Shown: piece by piece, positions 44,005-55,905 of the stretch
Numbering within the stretch: the stretch's first letter is position 1
Layout of the letters: every line of letters starts with the position of its first letter
DNA from: Bugula neritina
Taxonomy: Eukaryota; Animalia; Bryozoa
Direction of reading: 5' to 3'
Assembly (NCBI GenBank): GCA_964035545.1
Contig: OZ037769.1
Span: 9,826,633 to 9,890,632 of the forward strand
DNA length: 64,000 bases
Made by a program: the position numbers and the translations under genes
The notes under the pieces: model-generated
Databases searched by the model: none
Told to the model about the DNA's origin: nothing
Seen by the model: only the letters and a program-made list of their open reading frames with translations

Positions 44005-44957
44005 ATGGCCGAGTCAGGAGATGTACCCCCTACAACCGAGAAACTAGCTACCACAGCTGAAGTCAATGAACAATTGGTGCAACTACTGCGAGCACAAATG
44101 ATTGGCATGAATCAGCCCAAAAAACAGCCCATATCAGCTCCAACTTACGACGGCACTACTGACGTAGATACATTTTTGCAACAATTTGATATCATAGCAG
44201 CTCACAACAACTGGGAATCAGACGAGAGTGGGCTTCGACTGAAATTAGCATTGCGAGGGGAAGCTGCTAAATGTGTAATGTCGGATCGTGCAGCGGAGAT
44301 CAGACAGCAACTAATACAAAAGTATGGCTTGAGAGAGAGAGTCAAGCCTACAATATGCTCAAGAAACTGAGTTATAAACCAGGAGAGGATTTAAACGTTT
44401 TTATTAACCAGCTACAGAAGGTATTAGCCACTGCCCATCCTAAGCTAAGAGGAGACGAGTTGGAGGCAATGGCTGTAAAGGAACTGCTAGCACAGATACC
44501 TTCCAATCACCCTGCTATGTGGGCCCTACGCGTGAAACCTCCTACCACTGTACAAGATATTAAGGAGATCTACGATACATTTACCAACGATAATACTAAT
44601 ATTAACTACATGAGCAGTGAAACCGTGGACTCTACCCCCAACTTGGCCCAGACCTTACTAGAAGGCTTTCAAAAACAACAGCAACAGCAGCAAGAAGTAC
44701 TGCAGGAGGTGCTCACCCTGGTACGCGGGGTACGACAGCCCCCCACACCAGTTGCAACTGCCCGAGAGGAAGCGCTACCCCCAGTGCAGGAGAGAAGGAC
44801 CTACTCAACCACTTACCAATGTCCCCGCAGAAATCTTGCACCCAGAGCAGAAACTAGACAATGCTGGAGTTGTCAGCAAATAGGACATCTTGCCAGAAAC
44901 TGCCCTTACCCTCCAACCCCTATACACAAGACGGGAAATGGTCCAGCCCGGCGTTAG
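44005..44957 (+). pseudogene. gag: Gypsy C gag, frameshifted in a GA dinucleotide run (about 44331-44341)
   Basis: ORFs 44005-44370 and 44271-44957; CWSCQQIGHLARNC knuckle. Confidence 0.9.
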
Positions 44958-46298
44958 AAGCCCCATACAACGCCGGGCTTGAACAACTTATTCCTTTGGG
45001 CGCTAGGCAAGCTGGTATAGACGCCACAGCTTACTACGTCACTGGACGAATCAGTTATACTGATGTCATTCTGTTGCTGGACAGCGGATGTTCTAAATCC
45101 ATTATTCCTACTCAACTATACCAGCAACTGAATCGGGATTGTGCTACCTCACTGAAAAAAGTCCCTGGAGAGGGTGTCCTAGCTGACGGCAGCCGACTAC
45201 CTATAGAAGGCAGCACCACTATTACTCTCCGCATAGGAAGCAAAACTTACACCCAACCTTTCTTAGTAGCTAATTTACAGCAACATATTTTGTTGGGATT
45301 AGATTTTTTTATTCAACATGGCTGTCACTTAGATTTCAAACGTGCACGTTTTACACACTCTGGTGAGAGTCAAAACTGTTGTGATGCGTATGGTGGACCA
45401 ATACGTGTTAATGTTCATTTAGCTCGTCATGTAGAGATACCCCCACTCTCAGAGATGATGATTCCGGCCCACATTACCAGACACTGGACCTCTCAAGTCG
45501 CTTACATAAAAGCAAGTAGCCCTGACAAGAATTTACTCATTGCAGCTTCCATATATCAGCCCAGAGATAATCTCGTTTGGGTTAGGGCCTGCAATATTTC
45601 CTCCGATACACTAGAACTTCCACAAGGGAAGACAATAGCCACTTGTAGTCAAGCCCAAGTGATTGATGATGTTGGTACTAACACCCCTGACTACAGGTCA
45701 CTGCCCCCACAATTGGAGCAGCTTCTCCAGAAAACTAACTTAGACCAAAGAGATACGCAGAAGGCCAGACTCCTCCTACAAAGACACCAGGATATATTCA
45801 GCATGGATAAGTATGACCTGGGACGCACAAATCTTACTCGGCACCAGATCCCACTCATTGATAGCGCTAGGCCAATAAAGCAGCGCCCTTATAGACATGG
45901 CCCCATCCACGAAGAGGAAATAGAACGACAAGTGAAGGAGTTACAGACACAAGGTCTTATCTCTGAAGGAAAGAGTGCGTGGAGTTCCCCCGTAGTCCTA
46001 GTGCAGAAAAGAGACGGGAGCTGGCGATTCTGCGTTGACTATCGTAAGCTGAATGAAGTAACCTCCAAAGATGCCTTCCCACTACCACGTATCGACGACA
46101 GCCTAGATACACTTGGAAGGAGTACTGTATTTAGTACTCTAGATTTAACTAGCGGCTATTGGCAGGTTGAGCTAGATGCAGATGCCCGGGAGAAAGCAGC
46201 GTTTGTGACTCGATCTGGTCTCTACGAATGGGAGGTCTTGCCCTTTGGCCTCACTTCTGCACCCTCCACATTTGAAAGATTAATGGAGACTGCCCTTA

Positions 46299-47054
46299 CA
46301 CAGGATAGTTAAGGGCAACCTTTTAGCTGCAACTACCTTGCTGAGGTTTGCATTGTAATCATATAAAAATTCAGTACCAGTAAAATAAAATCTCACCTAA
46401 TTGTGCTAGAGTCAAAATTTAAAAACTATACTGTAGATCTTCTTTTTCTCCAGGGTAAGTTTTTTGGAAATTTCAATTTTCATTTTTTTTGCAAAGTTAT
46501 AGACAAAAAACTGCCCAATTTTGGCCAATTTTGCCTGAAAAGCTGACTTTTCAGTACCAGTAAAATATCTCAGCAGCGAAGCATGATATCTGAATAAAAA
46601 TTGCACTGCTGGAATCCTGAGATATTTCTCCAGGGTAAGTTTTTTTCTTTTTCCAATAACTCTTCTAGATTGCCCACAAATTGGTGATTTATACACTGAA
46701 AATGCCATGTTTTTTCATAGTAAATTGGCAGCGCGCAGTGCTTCACGCTTCAATGAGCACGTAGGGATGAGAAGATATTGGCGCGTACATGCTAATTATA
46801 GGCTTGCTAGTCGACAGGCTACAATGAATAGCTTGCTTGGTACTTTGTTTATGTAGCGCCTATAATGGAATGTTGATAGATAACACAGCCCTAATGAAGG
46901 TTGCTGCTTATTGGTTGTAGTTTGATCTTAGGCTAAACAATTGCAAGTAGGCAACACGCATGCCACCCGCAGAGTAGTATTATTCAAGAACCTAAACTAC
47001 ATTTTGAGAGAAATTTATGATATTCTTAGTGAGGATGCCCTTAACTATCCTGTG
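46299..47054. mobile_element. 756-bp non-autonomous DNA transposon (MITE) with TA target duplication
   Basis: 19-bp perfect TIR CACAGGATAGTTAAGGGCA / TGCCCTTAACTATCCTGTG. TA at 46297-46298 and 47055-47056. Removing it restores the RT frame. Contains an internal ~180-bp imperfect direct repeat. Confidence 0.95.
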
Positions 47055-48313
47055 TAGAGGTCTCCATTGGAAAACCCTATTAATTTACCTAAATGACATC
47101 ATCGTCTTTGCTCCCGATGTGGACACCCATATTCACCGGTTAGAGGAGGTATTTAACCGACTTCGAGCAGCCAAGCTAAAATTGAAGCCTGAGAAATGTA
47201 CCTTATTTGCCGAAAGAGTAAAGTATCTAGGACATATCGTCAGTAGTCAAGGCGTGGAAACAGATGAAGAAAAAATACAGGCGATTAAGAACTGGCCCCG
47301 CCCTCAACACAAGAAAGATGTCAGGTCTTTTATGGGAACCTGTAGTTACTATCGCAGATTTATTAAAAATTTCTCTGAGATTAGTAGACCGCTTAGCCAA
47401 ATTAGTTCCAAGAATGCCCAATTTAACTGGACTCCCGAGTGTCAGCAGGCTTTTGACCTGTTGAGTAATCACTTAACTACAGCGCCTATCTTGGCATACC
47501 CTGATTATACCCTACCCTTTATTTTGGACACTGATGCCAGTGCTGTTGGTATTGGAGGGGTCCTTTCACAAGTGCAGGATGGTCAGGAACGCGTCATCTC
47601 TTATTACTCGAAAATGATGTCGTCAGAAGAACGGAACTATTGCGCGACCAGACAGGAACTGCTAGCTATAGTTAAAACCATTACACATTTTAAACCTCAA
47701 CTGTATGGCAAACCTTTTACAGTACGTACAGATCACGCCTCGCTCACTTGGCTACTGCGCACTCCACATCCTCAAGGACAACTAGCTAGATGGCTAGAGA
47801 CACTAGCTCCCTATGATTTCCATATTGAACATCGTAGAGGCAAAGTACATAGCAATGTAGACGGACTTAGCAGACAATTCTGAAAAGATTGCCGCCAATG
47901 TAACCAGATGACAAAACCTGCCTCACAAGACGCCCCTCTCCCACTCTCCATGTATAATTCGGAGAAGTCCATTCCCTGCCAGCAGATTATGCAACCCCTT
48001 CCTATCCCACAACAAGTCCCTATTCTGGCCCACTTAGCACAACCCTCTCCTACACTACACCCCACTCCACAAGTCCTACGTACTCCAAAGTCTGTGACCA
48101 GACAAGAAAGCTTTATAAAGAACCCGACGACCCAGTCCATACCGTCTCTTCTCAGTTTGAAAACTACCTGGCACGGTCACATGACAAATACCTTCTTGAG
48201 CCCAACTCCACAGCCCCACCTTGCTCGTAGTTGGAGTAATGTGATAAATAATTCCCCTCCGGCCACATTCCCTACGCTCAGCCCCGCTTCCACACAACAA
48301 ATCCCAAGGTCTC

Positions 48314-49167
48314 TGTAATGTTACGAAATAGGATGTTTACAGATATTATAACTTGTAGTACAATCACACACAATCACAATGTCATTAACCTCAAATTAGC
48401 CTAACCACTAGCTGCTAGTAGTCTACCTAATGCTTCTTTAATCACTACCCCAAAACAGTAGCTACGCATGTAGAATGATTCATAGTCAGCAGCTATGCTT
48501 GCATCAGCTGTGATGTCACACGATGCTTGTTTACTTCAGCCCACTTCTTGAAACAGTAAGATCCTACCCCCAAAATAGTAAATTGTAAAATCATACCTCT
48601 TACAACACAATAATGTTTATCAAATGGATTAGTATATAAGACAAAACCATTTTTATTAGTTGCAATATTGTTAGAGTCATGCTGTCAGTTTGGACAGCAT
48701 CAAATTTATGTAAGACTACTAAAGAGTAGCATTATTTGAAAGACTGTGCAAAGCCACAGCATTAACATAACAGTAGACTAGGAGAGAGAGAAAAGAGGTA
48801 ATGAACATCTATTTACAATTATATATCGTTATTACATTTTTATGTTATAAAGTTTTTAATAATATGGGCTGTAGTTGCATGTTATGTTGAATCATTATTT
48901 CATGCTGCTATCTACAATTTATGATATACATTGCTAGTGCTTTTACATACATACTTATTATATTACGTACATTTTGTTTGCCTTATGCCTTATGTTGTAT
49001 CATTATTATTTTAGTTTTTACGGTCAGTGTTTGGTCAGCATTTGGTCAGTATTTGGTGACTCAAATAAACTCTGATCACGTCTAAAACCCTCCCTATTCC
49101 TAGTCAGGCTGTATAAGCTAGAGTGTCACTCTAAAGCAAGGGTCATAGCAAAGAGTGTCATTCTATA
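48314..49167 (+). repeat. Element D 5' LTR (854 bp)
   Basis: Direct repeat of 52864-53716. Differences seen: one C in a C-run and the penultimate base. Confidence 0.96.
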
Positions 49168-49732
49168 GTAAAAACTCTTTCTCAAGTCCGGGAGTAACAG
49201 CTCCATCTCAAGTCCAACAAAAGAAACCGACAAACATAAGACGACCACAAAGAGAACCTCACTTCTACCCACCTCAACTATATAAACATTACTAACATTT
49301 ATCAGGATATTATTCTCAACTACATACAAAGGTGACCTGGAATCAGCAGATTGGTGAGAGATTACCATATAACCCTCACCTTCACATATAAGTGACATAA
49401 TTATAAAGGAAATAGTTGAATGGAAAGTTATTAGAATAATTAGGCTTGCATGCAGATTTATTTTTTGGAAGTATTGTAATTATAGAAACTCCATTTGATA
49501 AACATTGTGTCAAAGCCCCATAAAATTAATTAGGATCTCCCTGTTTCTGATTGGGCAGTTGGGTACAATCCCTGTGCTGGCATCAGCTGTTTGTTTGCAT
49601 TAGCTGTTGGCTAGTGATAAATCTTGACAAACTAGTCCAAACTAGTTTTCCTACTGAATTTAGGTTATAAAATAACTGTAGTAAGTAAATGCATGCTTTT
49701 CACTAACTGTCTCTATTACTAACACAGCAACA

Positions 49733-52477
49733 ATGAATGATGACACATCCACATGTAGTAATAGCATTAGGATTAGCAGCCGAGTCAAAACCCTATCTAC
49801 AAAGGGAAAACAATTAGAGGTAGAAAAAAGGTTTAAATCTGTCACAAGTGCAATTAAAAGGTTTAGAAGTAGGCATGCAGCAACAGACAATCATGATAAT
49901 GAATTTTGGGATGACATACAACGAATTATGTTAGATGCAGATGCTGACTTAGCAATTCTAAAGTCATTAGCTCCAAGTCATCCTCACCTTGAGGACTTAA
50001 CACAGCAAATTAACAGTATACATGAACAATGTAAGGGCGAAAGCCATTCAGTGCATGCTAGCAGTAAACACACATCAAAAGCAAGCTCATTCATCTCAGC
50101 CAAGACAAAATTGCAAGTTGCACAATTAGAAATTGAAATGGAAGCCATGCAAAGACAGGCTGAGCTAGAAAGGCAGTTAGCCAATGTCCAGTTGGAACTA
50201 AGTAAAAGTAAGCTGTTAGAAAAACAGAAACAACTGAGAATAAGGCAGGAAATAATAGAGGAACATGATATAGACGTTAGAGATGAGCTAGCAGAGTATT
50301 TAGATAATTGCCAACCAATAGTGAATCAGGAAAGCAATAGTGAAGTTATTTTTAGTAGGCCAGTAGAAGTTTTGCAAAGCAACCAACCACAGCAAATAGG
50401 CAGCATGCAAAACAATGAATCACAGCATTCTACATGCAGTAATGAATACCTGGCCACATGCTTAACAAAAGCAATACAAGCCAACAATGTGCCGAAGCCA
50501 CCAATATTTAGGGGAAATCCCTTAGACTTTATAGATTGGGAATATGCCATAGAGAGTTACATCAAGGATAAAATGATAGGTGATGATGGTAAAATGTATG
50601 TCTTGAAACAGCATGTTGATGGACCTGCTAGAGAAGCAATTAGTGGCCTATGCAGTTTACATACACTAGCAGCATACCAAAAGGCCAGAATAATTTTGAA
50701 AGAAAGATTTGGGTCAGAATTCACAGTTGCTAATGAATTTCGAAAGAAAATTAATGCTTGGCCCAAAATGAAACCACATGAACATAAGCAGATACAATCA
50801 TTTTCTGACTTCCTCACACATTGCGAAATAGCAGCAAAAGATATTAAAGAGTTGGAAATTTTAAATGATTGCGAAAAGAATCTTGAGCTCATGTCCAGGC
50901 TGCCAGATAACATGATAAATAGATGGAAGCGGGAGGTAACCACACATAGGAAAAATCACAGGAGTTACCCCAGTTTTAGTCAGTTTGTAAAGTTTGTACA
51001 AACAGAAGCAGAAATCCTAAATGATCCAATCACTTCATCTTTGTCAGGTTCAAGGGTCATAGACTTACATAAGCCTCAAAAGCACAACAACAAGGGCATT
51101 AGCTTTGCTACTAGCATAGAAAAGCATTCTCCTGATGTTGAAAGTACAGAAAATCACAAAGCTAAACTATGCCTCTACTGCAATTACAGTAATCATAGCA
51201 CACATGAGTGTAGAAAACTGGCTAGCATACCAGTTGATCAAAAACAAAAGTTCATTACTGGTAAAAGATTATGCTTTGGTTGCTTGAGAATAGGTCACAT
51301 GACAAAAGAATGCAGAAATAGAGCTACTTGTAAAATATGCCAAAAAAGGCATCCTACTGTAACACATAGAAGCAATCAGCCAGCTACACAAGCTAACAAC
51401 AGCAATACCAAAGTAGAAACAGTGCAGGTAAATGGAGTAGCAAGTAGCAACAACCCAGAGCAAGTAACAGCTAACAGCAACAATACAGTGGCTAAAACAA
51501 ATGGCTTGTGCTCAATGGTTGTGCCTATATACCTAGCAACTGTAGATAACCCTAATGAGGAAGTGCTAACTTATGCACTCTTAGATAGCATGTCAGATAC
51601 CACATTTGTAACTAACCAAGTTGTTAGTAAGCTACAAACAGCTACAAGCAAACCAGTTTCTCTTAAACTAACAACAATGACAGCTGACAACTTGGAAATG
51701 AAGTGTAAGGTGTACAATAACTTGACCATTAGAGGACTTAACATGCATGAGCAGATACAAGTAGGAAAGACTTACAGTAGGGACAGCATTCCAATTAACA
51801 AGCAGCACATACCCACACCAGAAATTGCCAATAGATGGCCACACCTTAAATGCATTGCAGGTGAAATACCTCAAAGTTTAGATATAGAAATAGGAATGCT
51901 TATAGGGTATGACAACTCCAGAGCTTTAGTGCCACTTGAAACTAAAATAGGCCCTGCAATCAATGATCCCTTTGCTCTGAGAACACCTCTAGGATGGTGT
52001 ATTGTAGGCAATAGTGGTAAGCATGAAACAAACTCATTTCCCACATGCAATAGTGCTATGGCTCATGAGCAGAATTTGAGTTCAGATATCTTGAATGTCC
52101 TACAGCAAGATTATACTGACACAAAGTACATTGGTACTCATAAAATGTCACAGGAAGATGCCAAGTTTTTAGATAACATGCGCAACAATATTAAACAAAG
52201 AGAAGACAATTATTACAGCATGCCACTGCCGTTTAAAAATGCTAAGCCACAATTACCAAACAATAGACAATTAGCTGTGCACAGACTTGATACCCTCAAA
52301 ACTAAAATGCTTAAAGACCAGGAATATGGAACAGACTACGTGGCATTCATGACAGACATAACAAACAATGGCGATGCAGAATTGGTACCTACAACTTGTG
52401 AGGCAAGCAACCATCAGTGGTACATTCCCCACTTTGGCGTGTATCACCCCAAAAAGAAAAAGATTAGTAAAGCATAA
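49733..52477 (+). CDS. BEL/Pao Gag-protease with RT N-terminus (914 aa), truncated by internal deletion
   Basis: FRGNPLDFIDW gag motif; triple Cys/His knuckle CLYC..H..C, CFGC..H..C, CKIC..H..H; protease YALLDSMSD; YSMPLPFK and WYIPHFGVYHPKK just before the break. Confidence 0.93.
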   Translation: MNDDTSTCSNSIRISSRVKTLSTKGKQLEVEKRFKSVTSAIKRFRSRHAATDNHDNEFWDDIQRIMLDADADLAILKSLAPSHPHLEDLTQQINSIHEQCKGESHSVHASSKHTSKASSFISAKTKLQVAQLEIEMEAMQRQAELERQLANVQLELSKSKLLEKQKQLRIRQEIIEEHDIDVRDELAEYLDNCQPIVNQESNSEVIFSRPVEVLQSNQPQQIGSMQNNESQHSTCSNEYLATCLTKAIQANNVPKPPIFRGNPLDFIDWEYAIESYIKDKMIGDDGKMYVLKQHVDGPAREAISGLCSLHTLAAYQKARIILKERFGSEFTVANEFRKKINAWPKMKPHEHKQIQSFSDFLTHCEIAAKDIKELEILNDCEKNLELMSRLPDNMINRWKREVTTHRKNHRSYPSFSQFVKFVQTEAEILNDPITSSLSGSRVIDLHKPQKHNNKGISFATSIEKHSPDVESTENHKAKLCLYCNYSNHSTHECRKLASIPVDQKQKFITGKRLCFGCLRIGHMTKECRNRATCKICQKRHPTVTHRSNQPATQANNSNTKVETVQVNGVASSNNPEQVTANSNNTVAKTNGLCSMVVPIYLATVDNPNEEVLTYALLDSMSDTTFVTNQVVSKLQTATSKPVSLKLTTMTADNLEMKCKVYNNLTIRGLNMHEQIQVGKTYSRDSIPINKQHIPTPEIANRWPHLKCIAGEIPQSLDIEIGMLIGYDNSRALVPLETKIGPAINDPFALRTPLGWCIVGNSGKHETNSFPTCNSAMAHEQNLSSDILNVLQQDYTDTKYIGTHKMSQEDAKFLDNMRNNIKQREDNYYSMPLPFKNAKPQLPNNRQLAVHRLDTLKTKMLKDQEYGTDYVAFMTDITNNGDAELVPTTCEASNHQWYIPHFGVYHPKKKKISKA

Positions 52478-52479
52478 AG

Positions 52480-52757
52480 GTAGCATAACTCCCAGACTCA
52501 CAATTATTGACTTGACAGATGCTAAACATCTTATAATGCAGTGGGTACAAAAAGAGTCATTTTTAGATGAATATTACAGGCTAAGTAAAGACAATTGTGT
52601 AAGTAAAGATAGAAACACATAAAACTGAGATGACTTAATTCGTAAGGTAAAAGTACAACTAGCAACTACAGAGTTGAACAGTAAAGATGTGAAACTAGCT
52701 CCACCCACATACTTAGATAGGCCTATCCATAAATTAATTTACCTATTTACCCCATAA
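52480..52757 (+). pseudogene. Residual BEL pol fragments (RH-IN connection; integrase C-terminus)
   Basis: LTIIDLTDAKHLIMQWVQKESFLDEY, then DDLIRKVKVQLA...YLDRPIHKLIYLFTP* at 52629-52757. Confidence 0.8.
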
Positions 52758-52863
52758 CCTTTGCATGCATACCTATATTAGTATTTTAGCTTAATATTTT
52801 AAATGCATAATAATATAATTGTTAATTCCCTCTAAGTGAATAGAGAGAAATTAAAGGGGGGAG

Positions 52864-53716
52864 TGTAATGTTACGAAATAGGATGTTTACAGATATTATA
52901 ACTTGTAGTACAATCACACACAATCACAATGTCATTAACCTCAAATTAGCCTAACCACTAGCTGCTAGTAGTCTACCTAATGCTTCTTTAATCACTACCC
53001 CAAAACAGTAGCTACGCATGTAGAATGATTCATAGTCAGCAGCTATGCTTGCATCAGCTGTGATGTCACACGATGCTTGTTTACTTCAGCCCACTTCTTG
53101 AAACAGTAAGATCCTACCCCAAAATAGTAAATTGTAAAATCATACCTCTTACAACACAATAATGTTTATCAAATGGATTAGTATATAAGACAAAACCATT
53201 TTTATTAGTTGCAATATTGTTAGAGTCATGCTGTCAGTTTGGACAGCATCAAATTTATGTAAGACTACTAAAGAGTAGCATTATTTGAAAGACTGTGCAA
53301 AGCCACAGCATTAACATAACAGTAGACTAGGAGAGAGAGAAAAGAGGTAATGAACATCTATTTACAATTATATATCGTTATTACATTTTTATGTTATAAA
53401 GTTTTTAATAATATGGGCTGTAGTTGCATGTTATGTTGAATCATTATTTCATGCTGCTATCTACAATTTATGATATACATTGCTAGTGCTTTTACATACA
53501 TACTTATTATATTACGTACATTTTGTTTGCCTTATGCCTTATGTTGTATCATTATTATTTTAGTTTTTACGGTCAGTGTTTGGTCAGCATTTGGTCAGTA
53601 TTTGGTGACTCAAATAAACTCTGATCACGTCTAAAACCCTCCCTATTCCTAGTCAGGCTGTATAAGCTAGAGTGTCACTCTAAAGCAAGGGTCATAGCAA
53701 AGAGTGTCATTCTAGA
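52864..53716 (+). repeat. Element D 3' LTR (853 bp)
   Basis: Follows the purine tract and precedes the TSD GTCTC. Confidence 0.96.
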
Positions 53717-55905
53717 GTCTCATTTAGCTTACCCCTCACACATGACCCAACAGGTCCATACTACCTCTCAACTTAGTAAACTCCAGTGGGAGGATCCAAA
53801 CTTATCAGTACTCATGAAGACTATCCAAGACAATGAGCCTTTTGATTTAAAGGTACAGAGCAGAGAGACAGTATTACTGTGGCGTGCCAAAGAATATTTA
53901 ATATTAGACCTGGCCGGCGAACTGAAGATTAGCGGACCTGGAGGAAGGAGACGATCTGTTTGTCCTTAGTCCATTTGGCAGAGTGTCATCATGAGCCTCC
54001 ACAAAGAAGCTCATTTTGCTGCAAATAAGGTACTAGCTGCCCTCCGACTTAAGTGGTATTGGCCAGGTATGACCAGTCAGGTTAGGCGGCTGGTGGCACA
54101 GTGTAGAGACTGCCAACAAGCGAAAGGTGATAACACTGTGAAGAGGCGAGCAGACAACCATTTGCATGCAGGACGTCCGTGGCAAATGGTGGCCATTGAT
54201 CTGTGTGGACCACTACCGGAGACAGAAGACCGAAATACCATGATACTTGTGCTGACTGATCATTTTACCAGATGGAGCGACGCTATTCCACTGCCTGATG
54301 GGAAAGCTACTACTGTGGCCAGAGCTCTGGATGAGAAAGTGTTTGCAGTTTTTGGCATTCCCGAAGTTATCCACTCAGATCAAGACTCCCAATTCCAATC
54401 TGAGCTTTTCCAAGCATGCTGTAACCTCTGGGGATGCGATAAGTCTCAAACTTCACCCTACCGCCCCCAAGGGAACTCAGTGGTGGAGCGACTGAACCGA
54501 ACCGTGGGAAACTCCTTAAGAGCCCTACTAATAGGTCATGAACATCGGCCGTGGGACCGGCTCTTGCCACAAATTATGCGCACTCTACGCGCCACCCCAC
54601 ATCGCATCACGGGCGAAACTGCCAACTACATGATGCTGGGAAGAGACGCGCGACTGCCCCCTGACATTCACCAACCGGTTACTCAGCCAGAATACACAGA
54701 AGTTGAATATGTCACCGATTTACAAGAGAGGATGCAAGTGGCAGGTCAGATGCTAAGAGACCGTCAAAACAAACTCCCCAGGGCAGAGGAAGATGTCGAA
54801 CCCTTATTTAAAGTTGGAGACAAGGTCTGGCTCAAATCATTTTATAAAGGACGAAGCAGAGGGACTAAGTTACAGCTCAAATATGTCGGACCGTATACCA
54901 TCACTAAAACTCTGCCCTTCCAGACCTATGAGATGGAACGACAAGGACAAAAGTCAGTGCAACATGAGGTAGGGATATAGCTAGTAGTTGGAGATGTGGT
55001 GTCAGAGAAAGCGTCCCCGTCACAGAAGGAAGGAAATAGCGACCCACCAGCAACAGAGACAGTAGACACTCAACTTGAAGAGGAGTATTTTGATGCTGAT
55101 GACTTTTCCTTAATTGTGCCCCCAGCGTTATTGATGCCGGACTCCGAACCAGTGCACCCCCCACCTCCCGTAGTGGAAGGCGATGCCTCCCATATTACTC
55201 CAGATTCCCCTATAGCCCAGACACCACCCCGTCGGTCTAGTAGAAGCCGAGCTATGCCTCCTAGATACGATGATTATGTCATTAATGAAGCACATCCTGA
55301 CTGCAGACTACGAGGACGTAGTCCAATCAAGGGAGAGGGTGATGAAGAGGAAGCTACAGCTGTTAACAACATATTGTCTATACCTCACATCGAGTCAAAA
55401 TAAAGAAATCGAGGAGGTAACTCCCAAATAGGAAGATATGTAAAATCAAGATCGATATGTAAATGTAGGAGTTGTACTACTATGTCCCATTAAAAGAAAA
55501 CTTGCCTTCTCATGATAAAAAGTCAAGAAAAATAAGAACCGCTGCTCGAACAAGAGTTGTTGGAGTGGTTTTGAGACTGACAGATATAATTGTTGTTTTT
55601 GGCGCTATCGCCTTCTTTCGGATTTCTAAGATTGTTTTATGTTGATTTGTGATATTATTTCAGCTATCGTGAAAAGACAGAACGTGCTCGAGTTAGTTGA
55701 TAAACGTAAGAGGCCGAAGCCGTGATTTATTACCACAATATATATACACGAAAATACTAAAACTATTACAATAAGTGATACAATTAATTATTAAGATTAT
55801 GACAAAAAATAGTAAAATAATAAAATAACAAATTAGAAATAAATGTTTACATGAACACCGAACATCTCCCACAGAATAGAAAAAAGCTATTTAGATATGA
55901 TTGTT

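Larger units (their letters stand above)
48314..53716 (+). mobile_element. BEL/Pao LTR element D, internally deleted (no complete RT/RH/IN)
   Basis: LTRs 48314-49167 and 52864-53716. TSD GTCTC at 48309-48313 and 53717-53721. Purine tract at 52853-52863. Confidence 0.96.
44933..55403 (+). pseudogene. pol: Gypsy C pol in three pieces (44933-46298, 47055-48313, 53722-55403)
   Basis: PR LLLDSG. RT is split at ETAL|RGLHW by the MITE and its catalytic motif reads YLND. RNase H present. Integrase HKEAH..CRDC, AIDL, HSDQ, VERL. Confidence 0.93.
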
